Source of the DNA: Halorutilales archaeon Cl-col2-1
GTDB lineage: Archaea; Halobacteriota; Halobacteria; Halobacteriales; Afararchaeaceae
Assembly (NCBI GenBank): GCA_041891055.1
Contig: CP169074.1
Coordinates: 384,001-448,000 of the forward strand
Direction: 5' to 3'
Length of the DNA stretch: 64,000 nt
The notes under the pieces are model-generated. The model ran no database searches and was not told the origin of the DNA. It was given only the letters and a program-made list of their open reading frames with translations. Position numbers and translations under genes: made by a program. Below, piece after piece: positions 10,501 through 20,794 of this stretch (positions are counted from its first letter, which is position 1; the number at the start of each line of letters is the position of its first letter).

Positions 10501-11448
10501 GAACTTTCAGCATCACTCATCGATGCCGAGACGTTGCAAAGCGACTACCCGCTAGCGTGGGACTTCTTCAAGGCTCACGAGGAGAAACTCCGTGGGCGAG
10601 AGGGAGGCCGCTGGGAGAACAGCGACAATTGGTGGGAGTTTGGGCGACCACAAAACTTGGAAAAGTTCGAGATACCGAAAATTGTCTTCGCCCACATCAG
10701 CGAGGACGCGACGTTCATGCTTGATGAGGTCGGTACGTGGTACTACAAAACCGCATACTCGGTCCTTCTCGAAGACGACTACCGCGACCTCACCGAGGAG
10801 ATGGCTTGTCAGTTGAACTCGAAGGCGCTGGACTTCTACTTCAAGCACATCACGACGGTCAAGATGGGCGGCTTCTACGAATACCGCTCGCAGTACGTCG
10901 AGAAACTGCCCTGTAAGACCGAAGACAGCGCCGGCGTCTTCGGGACGATGCGCGAGACAGCGGGGGAGATTGTGGACACCATCGACCTCGACAGTAAGAT
11001 CGACCGCTTCCCTGAGGCGTACCTCGGCGACTACGACGGAGAACTCGACTACATCACCTACGAGTGGCAGACCCGCCGGTATCCGGTGAACGCCGACGTG
11101 CAGGGAGACGTTGATGGGAACTTCACCGTGCAAGCCGGAAGATCCGACACTATCAAAGATCCGGCTATGTACTCCAGAGATAGAGACGCGCGAAAGAAAC
11201 GCGCCGAGTACGTCCACGCCGCAGTAGACGGACGTAACGTCAAGAGTGGAGAGGAGACCTCTATCCCGATACCGAGGACTGACGAAGGCGTAGAAGAGCT
11301 TCTCAGTAATCTCGAAGAAGATCGTAAAGAAGTACGGCAAACCGACATAGAGGAACTCGAAGCTGATATTGACGAGGCTGTGTACGATCTGTTTGACTTG
11401 ACTGAGGAAGAACGTCAGGTGATCGAGGAATATTTGGAAGTATTCTGA
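7538..11448 (+). pseudogene. Type IIG (Eco57I-like) restriction-modification enzyme split by a 1-nt frameshift (ORFs 7538..9709 and 9706..11448)
   Basis: PD..EFK nuclease motif, GEFYTP, motif I DPSCGSGTFL; motif IV NPPY readable only after a -1 shift at 9655-9660; TaqI_C-like TRD follows; adding one base gives 1303 aa. Could be a sequencing error. Confidence 0.8.
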
Positions 11449-11458
11449 TCTACTCAGA

Positions 11459-12703
11459 TCACAGAAGCCCTCCCTCGTCCTCGTCGAGTGTCTCGTACCT
11501 CACGTCGTCGTTGTAGTCGGTGTAGTAGCCCGCTGAGATCGCTCTCTTTATCTTGTCCCTGTTCTCACGTGTGATCTTCGAGTTCTTGTCCGCCCTCATC
11601 ACCGCGCGTGGGACGTCCCTCTTCTTCGCCGCCTCCTTGAGAACCTTCGCGCGCACCTTACGTCTCTTCTCGTCTGTGTCGACTACCATGTAGGGTGCGT
11701 CGGCTCTCATGACCGTCCCGAGGCTCGGGAGACGGTAGTAGAAGAAACATCTCCTGTACCTCTCGATGTCGTAGTCGAGCGAGTCCTCGACAGGGCTGAG
11801 TACCTCCGCCTCGCCCGAGTCGAAGACGACCTTCTCCTCGACGAACCACGGTGTGTAGGGTATGTACTCTATCGACGACTCGTCTCTCAGAGCCTCTCCG
11901 ATAAGCTGGTTGTCCTTGTTCCAGAGTACCTCGTCGTCTGTCTTGTCTTCGAGAGACCGTATTAGGGTGCTTGAGTTCGACGTCTTGACTATTCCCACGA
12001 CGGGAAGACCTCTCTCGTACTGGTGTTCGACCACACGGACGTACCTCTCGGCTATCTTCCTCAGGACGTCTGCGACGGAGAAGGCACGGTTCTCGCTGAA
12101 GTCGAGCGACCTCAGAACCTCAGTCGGGTAGATGGGTCCGTCTATGAAGAGTATGCTGTCTATCGAGTCGATGTTTCTGAGGACATGGGTACTCTCGGAG
12201 TTCTTCTGTGCGACCGCCGAGACGGTCTTTTCGAGGCGTCGAGTCTCGTATATCTCCGACTCGGGGAGACGTGTGATGTTGACGTCTATCTCGGAGCTCT
12301 CGTCCAGAGTTGAGGGTATCTCGGCGTCTCCCTTGTAGTAGTAGGTAATCTCGACAGTCCCTTTTCTCTCCACCTCGGTATCGGCGTCGCCCGTCGCCGC
12401 GATCTTGGCGTAAGCCGCGTTCGCGATCAAGCCGTTGTTGTACTCCATCGGCTGTGTCGTCGACGAGTCGACACCGTAGGTCGCGTCGTCCCATGGGTCG
12501 TCGTCCCACGCACCCAGAGACGAGAAGCTGACCTTTCTGGGTGCGGGATCGGTGTCGTCGATAGGATAGACGTAGCCGCCCTCGTCGGCGAGTGACGAGA
12601 GTGCCTCCCTCGCCCTCTCGGGGTTCGAGTCGGCGTCTACGGGTAGTCCCGCGTCGACCTTCTCGAACGCCTCCTCTATCAGATGGAATGCTTCGATCTC
12701 CAT
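11459..12703 (-). CDS. nurA: NurA 5'-3' nuclease
   Basis: YGVDSS, FIDGPIYP, VVGIVKT, RADK motifs; ATG immediately after rad50 stop. Confidence 0.88.
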   Translation of the reverse strand: MEIEAFHLIEEAFEKVDAGLPVDADSNPERAREALSSLADEGGYVYPIDDTDPAPRKVSFSSLGAWDDDPWDDATYGVDSSTTQPMEYNNGLIANAAYAKIAATGDADTEVERKGTVEITYYYKGDAEIPSTLDESSEIDVNITRLPESEIYETRRLEKTVSAVAQKNSESTHVLRNIDSIDSILFIDGPIYPTEVLRSLDFSENRAFSVADVLRKIAERYVRVVEHQYERGLPVVGIVKTSNSSTLIRSLEDKTDDEVLWNKDNQLIGEALRDESSIEYIPYTPWFVEEKVVFDSGEAEVLSPVEDSLDYDIERYRRCFFYYRLPSLGTVMRADAPYMVVDTDEKRRKVRAKVLKEAAKKRDVPRAVMRADKNSKITRENRDKIKRAISAGYYTDYNDDVRYETLDEDEGGLL

Positions 12704-12704
12704 C

Positions 12705-15404
12705 TTAATCACCTGCCTTCGAAATCTCGGCGTGGCTCGACTCCGTCTCGGGGTCGTACCATACCTCACAGTCGTAGTCGGCTCCGTGTATAAGGCTCTC
12801 GTCGTGTGACACTACGATTACCTGTGGGACGTCCCAGGTCTTTATCTCGTCTATGAGTCTCTCAAGACGTCCGACGTGCTGTCTGTCGAGGAAGGTTGTC
12901 GGCTCGTCGAGTATGAAGGGCGGGAGTGAGCCTCCTGACTGTCTCTCCGAGATAAGCCTGTATATACCCGCTCTCAGCGATAGGCTCACGATAGCCTGCT
13001 CGCCCCCGCTCGCGTTCCCGGGACTCTCAGTACTCCCGTCCGAACGTCTCAGACGTATCTCGTAGTCGTAGTCGTACTTCCTGTGTTCGGGAAGCTCGAC
13101 CTCGTCGATGAGTATCGACTGGTAGCCCGAGTTCTGGTATATCTCGGAGAAGACGTCGTTCGTATATGTGTTGAGATGGGCTATGTACTCGTTCCTCATC
13201 TCCGACTTGACGTCGTCGTAGACAGAACGCAGCTTCCCGAGGTCTTCACGCACACCCGACGCCCACGACTCCTTCTCCTCCAGGATCTGTATCCTCTGTT
13301 TGAGACGTCTCAGATCCTCAAGCTCCTTTTCGAGCCTCGACCTCTCGTCACGCAGCTGGTTTAGCTTCTCCTCCCTCTTCTCGACGCCCTTCTGCCATCT
13401 TTCACGTTTCTCCTCGGCTTGGCGTCTCTTCTCCTTCAGACTCTCTATGTCGGTCTCGCCTATCTTCTCCCTCAGCTCCTCCTTCTCACCTTTTAGGTCG
13501 TCGATGGCATCGTTCGCGTCGTCTATACGTGACTCGGCGTGCTGGAGGTCTTTCTGTCTCTGATCGATGAAGCTCCTGTGGCGCTCTATCTCGTCGTATA
13601 CATCGATGGCGTCGTCGACCCTCTGTCTCACCGATCCGACCTCCTCGACGAGAGACTCGGCTTCTGAGAGTTCGTCCTCCGCCTCGCGTATCCTCTCAAC
13701 GATCTCGTCTCTCTCGTCCTCTAACTCAGCCTTCGCCTCCTCTGCGTCGTCTATCTCCTCCGAAGCCGCCTCGACTTCCTCGGTCTTGTCCTCGAGTCTC
13801 TCTTCGACATTACTTATCCTCTGTCTCCTGTAACGTAGAGCCTCGACCACGAGAGACTTCGTCTCGTCTATCTCGTCCCTCTCGTCGGCGAGTTCCTCCC
13901 TCTCCCCTATCTTCTCCTCCAGCTTACTCTCCGTCTTCTCTATCTCATGTCTCAGTTCCTCGACCTCCTCCTCGACGTGTGCCTCGTCGACCTCCTGTTT
14001 ACACCGGGGACATCTCCCCTCGTCGGCGAGAGACACCACCTCGTCTATCTCATCCTCGTACGTCTCTACCTGAGTTCTGAGCGACTCTATCTCTCCCGAG
14101 ATCTCGTTTATGCGTGAGGTTATCTCGTCCTTTCTCTCGTCTAATAGACTGTCACGTAGCTCTTCGAGGTCGTCGAACTCGACTCCGAGCGAGGCGGCTC
14201 TCTCCTCAACCTCGTATACCTTCTCGTCGAACTCGTGCCTCGCTGCTTCGAGGTCAGCTTCGAGGTCTTCTATCTTGTCCTCGGCGTTCTCTATCTCGTG
14301 ACGTCTCGACTCCACCTCGGACTTCAGCGTATCTATCTCGTCGTCTATCTCGCCGAGCCTCTCCTTCTCCGACTCCAAGCGGTGACGTGCCTCGGTCTCG
14401 TCCTCTCTGAGGCTGTCACGTATCCGGTTGACCTCGTCGAGAGACTCCTTGGCTTTTTGCTTCGAGCCGAGACGGAGTCTGTCGAGTCCAAGACCCTCCG
14501 TCTCAACATTCTCCTCCCCAAGGCTTTCTATCTCGTCCTTGAGCGACTTTATCTCGTCACGTCTCTCGATCATCTCCGACTTCGCCTCGTCGCGTTTCTG
14601 TTTGGCTTTTTGCTTCTTACGTCTCTCCTCCTCTATCTTCTCCGACCTGTCTTCTATCCTCTCCTTGACCTCCTCGTAAGACTCTATACTCGTCCGTATA
14701 CCGTGGAGACGCTCCTCGATCTTTCTGACGGCTTCCTCACCTTCGTCTATCTCTGACTCGACCTCGTCTATACGTGACGTGAGGTCGGCGATCTCGTCCT
14801 CGTACTCATCCTCCGACATCGTGTACTCGTCGAGATCCTGTCTGTAAGCCTCGTGTCTCGAACGGCTCTCCTTTTTCACCCTTCCCGCTCCGGTGATCGC
14901 GTCGCTGGCACGCTTTCTGTACTCGTCTATCTCGTCGAGTCCGAGGAGTCCGTCTATCACGACTGCGCGGTTGTCAGCGTCCACTAGCTTAGTCATCTCG
15001 GTCTGGCGGACATAGACCGAGTTGGTGAGGTCGTCGCTGTCCATACGTACGATACTACTCACCCGGTCTGTGACGTCTCTGACGCCGGTCACCTTGTCAC
15101 CCCCAGGGAGTTCGAGGCTCGCCTTCGAGCCGCCGTCGGTACTTATCCTCCAGTCGACCTCATACTCGTTGTCCTCTACCTCAAAGACGAGTTCGACACG
15201 TCCCTCGTCCTCGCCCCGCCTAACGAAGTCGTCGAGCTTCGACTCGATACCGCGTGAGAGGAAGAGACCTCCGAGTATGCCCATAAGGAGAGACGTCTTT
15301 CCGACGCCGTTGTCTCCATGTATCAGAACTGCCCCGTCGGGGAACTCGACCGTCTCGTCCCTGTAGCTCCGTATGTTCTGAAGACGTAGCCTCTTTAGCC
15401 TCAC
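12705..15404 (-). CDS. rad50: Rad50 ATPase
   Basis: Walker A GDNGVGKT, coiled coils, CPRC zinc hook, SGGE signature, FILDEPT, VSHD. Confidence 0.95.
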   Translation of the reverse strand: MRLKRLRLQNIRSYRDETVEFPDGAVLIHGDNGVGKTSLLMGILGGLFLSRGIESKLDDFVRRGEDEGRVELVFEVEDNEYEVDWRISTDGGSKASLELPGGDKVTGVRDVTDRVSSIVRMDSDDLTNSVYVRQTEMTKLVDADNRAVVIDGLLGLDEIDEYRKRASDAITGAGRVKKESRSRHEAYRQDLDEYTMSEDEYEDEIADLTSRIDEVESEIDEGEEAVRKIEERLHGIRTSIESYEEVKERIEDRSEKIEEERRKKQKAKQKRDEAKSEMIERRDEIKSLKDEIESLGEENVETEGLGLDRLRLGSKQKAKESLDEVNRIRDSLREDETEARHRLESEKERLGEIDDEIDTLKSEVESRRHEIENAEDKIEDLEADLEAARHEFDEKVYEVEERAASLGVEFDDLEELRDSLLDERKDEITSRINEISGEIESLRTQVETYEDEIDEVVSLADEGRCPRCKQEVDEAHVEEEVEELRHEIEKTESKLEEKIGEREELADERDEIDETKSLVVEALRYRRQRISNVEERLEDKTEEVEAASEEIDDAEEAKAELEDERDEIVERIREAEDELSEAESLVEEVGSVRQRVDDAIDVYDEIERHRSFIDQRQKDLQHAESRIDDANDAIDDLKGEKEELREKIGETDIESLKEKRRQAEEKRERWQKGVEKREEKLNQLRDERSRLEKELEDLRRLKQRIQILEEKESWASGVREDLGKLRSVYDDVKSEMRNEYIAHLNTYTNDVFSEIYQNSGYQSILIDEVELPEHRKYDYDYEIRLRRSDGSTESPGNASGGEQAIVSLSLRAGIYRLISERQSGGSLPPFILDEPTTFLDRQHVGRLERLIDEIKTWDVPQVIVVSHDESLIHGADYDCEVWYDPETESSHAEISKAGD

Positions 15405-16594
15405 GTCTCCACCTCCGTGCCGTCTCTGTCTTCTTTCTCCAGGTCATCCGTATCGTCATCGTCTTCCGAGAACACCTCGTCGCGTCTCTGTCTGACGCGT
15501 TCCTCGACGACATCGTCTGTTCTCGACTTCGGGAGGTCGCCGTTTCTGATCTCGTCGTCTATCTCGACGGCTATCTCCGACAGATCCGACTCGGAGACAC
15601 GACGGCTTATCATCTCGTCTATGTCTCTCACGTCCTCGAACTCCTCCCCGGATTCGACGTCGAAGTTACGTGACTCTCTCTCGTCCCTGACGTTACAGAC
15701 CGCGGCTCCCTCTTCGACAGCGACTTTGTGAACGTCGTTCGCTGTTATGTTTCCGCGTCTCCCGCGGAGAACCGGGACTACTGTCTTGTCCTCAACGTCA
15801 CGTCTCTCGAACTCGTCTCTGACGTCTGAGACTGTCGTGTCGGCTCCGACCTCGACGGGTAACTCAACGAGGTCGCGGGCGTCGATCTCTATCCGTTTTC
15901 TCGTCATCCCTCCGTCGTCGAAGCTGAGTAGATGGACGCGTCTCGGCTGTGTCTCACCCGCTGAGACCCTCTCAGTCGAACCCGCGTACCAGACCTCGAC
16001 ACCTTCTACGGTGGCATTCACGGCTTCGTGGTAGTCGCCGAGTGCGAGTGCATCGATCTCGATGCCAAGTCTCTCGATCACCTCATCTGTGTCGTGGTCG
16101 GATAGCTTCTCAGGGACGGGTGGATGTAGAAGCTGGTGCATACAGACGAGTCGGTAGAGGTCGTCATCCGTCTCTTGAATCTCCAAGTCAGCGGAGTCCC
16201 AAGACACTCGGCTCACCGAGTCTATGCCGTAGACTGCGACCTCATCTCCGATGACGATGGGCTCCTTTCCGAGACGTTCGGCGACTCCGGTGCGTTCGAG
16301 TAGGTCGAGCCACTGTCTGTCGATCTTTCTCTCGTGGTTCCCGACTATTCCGTAGAAAGGTATTCCCTCGTGTCTCAAAGTTCGGAGGACGTCTATGCAG
16401 TCGGTGAGGTCTGTGAGCGAGGGATCGCGAGAGTCGAAGAGGTCGCCCGTGTGTACGACTGCGTCGACGTCCCTCTCTACGGCGACCTCGACCGCCTCCT
16501 CGAAGGCGTCGGTGAAGTCCTGACGCCTCAGGTCGCTCCGGTACTGTCTGTATCCGAGATGGGTATCACTCAGATGGAGAACCTCGACTGTCAC
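15401..16594 (-). CDS. mre11: Mre11 nuclease
   Basis: SDTHLG, GDLFD, GNHE, MHQ, LGDYH metallophosphoesterase motifs. Confidence 0.95.
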   Translation of the reverse strand: MTVEVLHLSDTHLGYRQYRSDLRRQDFTDAFEEAVEVAVERDVDAVVHTGDLFDSRDPSLTDLTDCIDVLRTLRHEGIPFYGIVGNHERKIDRQWLDLLERTGVAERLGKEPIVIGDEVAVYGIDSVSRVSWDSADLEIQETDDDLYRLVCMHQLLHPPVPEKLSDHDTDEVIERLGIEIDALALGDYHEAVNATVEGVEVWYAGSTERVSAGETQPRRVHLLSFDDGGMTRKRIEIDARDLVELPVEVGADTTVSDVRDEFERRDVEDKTVVPVLRGRRGNITANDVHKVAVEEGAAVCNVRDERESRNFDVESGEEFEDVRDIDEMISRRVSESDLSEIAVEIDDEIRNGDLPKSRTDDVVEERVRQRRDEVFSEDDDDTDDLEKEDRDGTEVET

Positions 16595-16684
16595 TACCGA
16601 CGATATAACCGCGACAAAGATATTAGTTTCGAGACCCCTCAGACGTACCGGTGGACTTTCGTCACCTGAGACTCTATCCGAGGT

Positions 16685-17689
16685 ATGATCGAGGCTCTGG
16701 GATACCTGGCTCTCGCGGCAGTCTCGTCTCTAGTGATCTGGAAGTCATCTTCTTACTTCGAGGACTCTGCCGACAAGCTCGCCTCCTACTACGGTCTTCC
16801 CGCGGTCGTCCAGGGAGCAGTCGTAGCTGCGGTGGGTTCGAGTATGCCCGAGCTCTCGGCGGTCGTCGTCTCGGCTTTCAGGGGTGAGTTCGAGATAGGA
16901 GTGGGTGCGATAGTCGGATCCGCTGTCTTCAACATACTCGTGATACCCGCGGTAGCCACCTTCTACCGCGAAGGGTCGATGAGTCTGAGCCGTGACCTCG
17001 TCTACAAGGAGGCGCAGTTCTACATGCTCTCGATAGCCACACTCCTCGTGACCTTCTCGTTCGCGGTCATCTACTACCCCGTAGGTGGTCGGAGTCTTCT
17101 CGAAGGGAGCGTCACGAGGCCTCTCGCGCTCATACCGATCCTCCTCTACTTCCTCTACATATTCATACAGTATCTCGACACTGCGGATTACGACGCTCCC
17201 GACTCCGACGTCTCTCCCGTAAAGAACTGGCTTATTCTGACTGTGAGCCTGGGCGTTATAGTCGTCGGCGTCGAGGGTCTCGTGAGGTCGGTCGTGGGTC
17301 TCGGCGACGTCTTCGGCACTCCAGCGTTCTTCTGGAGCCTCGTCATCGTCGCCGCAGGCACGAGCCTCCCCGACGCCTTCGTAAGCATCGAGGCTATGAA
17401 GTCGGGGAAAGGCGACGTGAGTCTCGCAAACGTCCTCGGGAGTAACACATTCGACCTCTTAATTGCCGTCCCGACGGGAATCATGATCGTCGGCTCCGAC
17501 ACCGTAATCTTCTCACACGTCGTCCCCATGATGGCTTTCTTAGTCTTCGCGACCATAGCTCTCTTCGTCTTCCTCAGAACAGGCATGATGATCACTAACA
17601 GAGAGGCGTACCTTCTCTTAGGTATCTACGCAGTCTTCGTGGTCTGGGTCACAGCAGAGAGCCTCGGAGCCGTGGGTCTCGTGAGATAG
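16685..17689 (+). CDS. Na+/Ca2+ (CaCA) antiporter
   Basis: alpha repeats GSSMPE and GTSLPD, GSNTFD. Confidence 0.9.
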   Translation: MIEALGYLALAAVSSLVIWKSSSYFEDSADKLASYYGLPAVVQGAVVAAVGSSMPELSAVVVSAFRGEFEIGVGAIVGSAVFNILVIPAVATFYREGSMSLSRDLVYKEAQFYMLSIATLLVTFSFAVIYYPVGGRSLLEGSVTRPLALIPILLYFLYIFIQYLDTADYDAPDSDVSPVKNWLILTVSLGVIVVGVEGLVRSVVGLGDVFGTPAFFWSLVIVAAGTSLPDAFVSIEAMKSGKGDVSLANVLGSNTFDLLIAVPTGIMIVGSDTVIFSHVVPMMAFLVFATIALFVFLRTGMMITNREAYLLLGIYAVFVVWVTAESLGAVGLVR

Positions 17690-17701
17690 AGTGGTAGTGA
17701 G

Positions 17702-19492
17702 TCAGACTCCCCAGAAGAAAGCGATTCCAGCGGTCGTGGCGATGGCAAGGAGTATCTGGAGAGGTCCGCCGACCCGGAGGTAGTCGCTAAATCTGTATCC
17801 TCCAGGACCGTAGACAAAGAGGTTAGTCTGGTAGCCTATCGGGGAGATGAAAGCTGTCGAAGCCGCGAAGGTAACTGCGAGGACGAACGAGAACTCATTG
17901 GCTCCGAGACGTGACGCCGCCTCGACTGCGACGGGTATCATCAGGACGACACTCGCGTTGTTACTCACAACGTTAGTGAGAAGAGAAGTTATGACGTAGA
18001 AGAGAGCGAGTACCCCTACCGCGGGGAGGAAGTCGGCACTTCTGACGATGAGTTCGCCGAGAAGGTTAGCCGCTCCCGTCTTTTCGAGAGCCGTCCCAAG
18101 GGGTATGACGCCTGCGAGGAGGAAGACCACGTCCCATCTCACGGAGTCGTATAGTTCGCTGGGTCTTATACAGCCTGTGACCAACATCGCTAAGACCCCC
18201 GCGAGTGACGAGACGAGTATAGGGAGTACGTCGAATGCGGCGAGTCCGACGACGCCTACGACTATACCGACGGCGGCCTTAGTCTTCGAGGTTCTGAAGC
18301 TGTGGTTCTCGACCTCCCCTACGACGAGTATGTCGGGGTCGTCGTTGAGTGACTTAACCGCGTCGGGGGTAGTCTCTATCAGGAGGAGATCACCCGGTCG
18401 GAGTCGTATGTCCTTCAGACGTTTCTGTATCACCTCGGCTCCCTTCCTCACTGCGAGAACCGTGGAGTTGTATCTCTCCTCGAACTCTGCAGTCCGTACC
18501 GTCTCGCCCTCTAGGAACGCACCCGAAGTCACGACTATCTCGACGAGTGTCTTCCCCTCCTCGACTTCCTCTTCCTCAGGTTCGAGACTCACACCTTCTA
18601 TGTCAAGGAGCGACGCGAGTGTTTCCTGAGTCGCCCTCACGACGAAGACATCGTCGGGACGTATCGTCATCGCCTCGATAGAGTCAGCCTCAGTCGTTTT
18701 CCTTTCGTCGCGGTGTACACGTAATACTTCGAAGTCAAGGTTGACAGTGTCAAGAGCCTCCCTCACTGTCATCCCGACGAAAGGAGAACCCTCGATTACC
18801 GTGATCTCGGATACGAACTTGTCCCCCGAGTCGGGTTTCTCCTCGGGCTTTATCCTCTCGGGAGTGAGACGGTACCCCACAGTCATCATGTAGGTAACAC
18901 CTACGACGAGGACGACGACACCGAGCTTTGTGAACTCGAACATTCCGAAGGCTCCCACACCTATCCTCTCCGAGACGTCGCTCGCGAGTATATTAGTCGA
19001 CGTGCCTATCAGCGTCAGCATCCCCCCGAACATTGAGGCGTACGACAGCGGCAGGAGTAGCTTAGACGGAGAGGTGTTCTCCGACTGGGCAAGACTTGTC
19101 ACCATCGGGAGGAACATTGCAACCACCGCGGTATTGTTGATAAATCCCGAGATAGGTGTCGTAGTAGCTATCACGGCACCTAGCTGTCTCCTGTCGTCAC
19201 CGTGTGTGTACTCGGAGAGGTACGAGCCGAGCCTGTTGACCAAGCCGGTACGTCTGAGACCCTCGGCTAGGAGCATCATAGCGAGTACGGTTATAGTCGC
19301 TGGGTTGGCGAAGCCGGCTATCCCCTCACGCGGCGATATCCGAGTCCATGGCTCCAGAACCATCAGAGCCACCATTATGCCGATGGCGGTGACGTCGACG
19401 GGAAAAGGCTCGACTATGAAAAGGACGAAAGCGGAGAGGATTATCCCGAAGACCACGAGCATATCCGGGGTAAGCCCAAGAGCGAGAGGCAT
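17702..19492 (-). CDS. SLC13/DASS permease with two TrkA-C domains
   Basis: SGFINNT, TLIGTSTN, VSNNAS, SPIGYQTNL motifs. Confidence 0.9.
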   Translation of the reverse strand: MPLALGLTPDMLVVFGIILSAFVLFIVEPFPVDVTAIGIMVALMVLEPWTRISPREGIAGFANPATITVLAMMLLAEGLRRTGLVNRLGSYLSEYTHGDDRRQLGAVIATTTPISGFINNTAVVAMFLPMVTSLAQSENTSPSKLLLPLSYASMFGGMLTLIGTSTNILASDVSERIGVGAFGMFEFTKLGVVVLVVGVTYMMTVGYRLTPERIKPEEKPDSGDKFVSEITVIEGSPFVGMTVREALDTVNLDFEVLRVHRDERKTTEADSIEAMTIRPDDVFVVRATQETLASLLDIEGVSLEPEEEEVEEGKTLVEIVVTSGAFLEGETVRTAEFEERYNSTVLAVRKGAEVIQKRLKDIRLRPGDLLLIETTPDAVKSLNDDPDILVVGEVENHSFRTSKTKAAVGIVVGVVGLAAFDVLPILVSSLAGVLAMLVTGCIRPSELYDSVRWDVVFLLAGVIPLGTALEKTGAANLLGELIVRSADFLPAVGVLALFYVITSLLTNVVSNNASVVLMIPVAVEAASRLGANEFSFVLAVTFAASTAFISPIGYQTNLFVYGPGGYRFSDYLRVGGPLQILLAIATTAGIAFFWGV

Positions 19493-19575
19493 ACAGGGAC
19501 TCAGTAACCGCTGACGAGATAAAAGCCCGCCCCTTTAGACCGGGTAAGACGACAGAAGAGAACTGAGACTACTAA

Positions 19576-19929
19576 CTAAGCGTGTACCTCGTAGCCTGAC
19601 TCGGTGACTCCCATGACGACCCAGTCGCTTCCCGACGGCACAAGGTCTGAGACTGCCTTCTTGACATGTTCGAGGTCTCCTGACTCCGAGTCGGCGACGA
19701 AGCAGTACTTGTTGTCCTGCCACTGGAAGGGACACGCAGTCTCCTTGTCAGAGTCTTCTATCTCCGTCTCGGGCAGGGGTGCGATACGTACGTGCTTGTT
19801 GTCTCTCTCGGCACTCAGGGTCTCCTCGTCGGAGTCTACGTCGACTGAGTAGCCGAGTCGCTCGAATATACGTCTCGCTCGGTCGGTCAGAAACCTCTTC
19901 TTCGACACTGTGCGTCGTGTGTCAGACAT
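19576..19929 (-). CDS. conserved haloarchaeal hypothetical protein
   Basis: 117-aa acidic ORF with ARRIFERLGYSV motif; host codon usage. Confidence 0.65.
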   Translation of the reverse strand: MSDTRRTVSKKRFLTDRARRIFERLGYSVDVDSDEETLSAERDNKHVRIAPLPETEIEDSDKETACPFQWQDNKYCFVADSESGDLEHVKKAVSDLVPSGSDWVVMGVTESGYEVHA

Positions 19930-20027
19930 TCACGTGAAGATTGGTACCGTGTAACATAAGTCTTTCCCCGGTATGTCCTCAGACAGCTGACATACGGGGC
20001 TGAGAGTGATCCCAGTCCAGATGAACC

Positions 20028-20786
20028 TCACGAGAAGGGAACTCGGTAACTGACGTCGGTGTAGTCGGTCTCACACGGTGCTCCGTCGGCGAAAAGATAG
20101 ACGGAGTCCGAGGCATCGGGATTCTTCACTCCGATTATGCTCGAAGACGTTGTACCCTTGTCTTCACCGTCTCCATTATGGAGACAGACATCGATGTCGT
20201 CCCTCGAAAGCAGATCCTTGGCTTCCTTAATCCAGTCGTCGAAGCCGAGTGACGGGTCAGGTAGGCTGTCGCGGACTTCCAACGCCTTGTCGTCGGGGTC
20301 GTCGAAACGCGAGTTGGTTATAACGTAGACTCCATCTTCGAGATGCATTATGTCTAGGTCGTCGTCGTAGACAGCCACGAAGGCGCGGGTCGGTGTCGCA
20401 ACAACGAGGTTGAAGCCCTCGTACTCGTTCGCGTCGACCGAGTGCCTGACGATGTCTTCGAGGTCTTCTATGTCGCCTGACTCCGAGAGGACGTCGTCAC
20501 ACAGGAGACCGCGTGACCTGACGTCAGTCCCGTCTTCTCCTCGGTCTTCGTCGTCCGTCTCTATGTTGGTGACAGCCACCGATGTCCCTTCCGAGTTGAA
20601 GCCTATCCACGTCCCTCCTTCGCGCGCGTCACGCGGCGCGAAGACCCAGTCGACACTGTCTCCCTCATCCTCAGTCTCGCGCGTCTCAGGTGACGAGAAC
20701 TCCCTGTCGTACTCCTCGTCACGGTTGGCGGCGATCACAGTAGGATACGAACCGAAGACGTTCTTCGCGAATAGAACCGTACACAT
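20028..20786 (-). CDS. NRDE/TANGO2 family protein
   Basis: N-terminal MC, AANRDE, GGTWIG, SRGLL. Confidence 0.9.
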   Translation of the reverse strand: MCTVLFAKNVFGSYPTVIAANRDEEYDREFSSPETRETEDEGDSVDWVFAPRDAREGGTWIGFNSEGTSVAVTNIETDDEDRGEDGTDVRSRGLLCDDVLSESGDIEDLEDIVRHSVDANEYEGFNLVVATPTRAFVAVYDDDLDIMHLEDGVYVITNSRFDDPDDKALEVRDSLPDPSLGFDDWIKEAKDLLSRDDIDVCLHNGDGEDKGTTSSSIIGVKNPDASDSVYLFADGAPCETDYTDVSYRVPFS

Positions 20787-20794
20787 GTCTTGTT

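Noticed and set aside
9706-11448. Independent second R-M subunit suggested by the ATGA overlap
   Set aside because: Its frame continues upstream through NPPY, so it is the 3' part of one frameshifted gene
6670-11460. Integrative element boundaries around vapBC-R-M
   Set aside because: No integrase, tRNA or flanking direct repeat found by eye
19966-19999. 11-bp bulged hairpin between the NRDE gene and the downstream hypothetical gene
   Set aside because: Single occurrence, no U-tract; cannot be distinguished from chance
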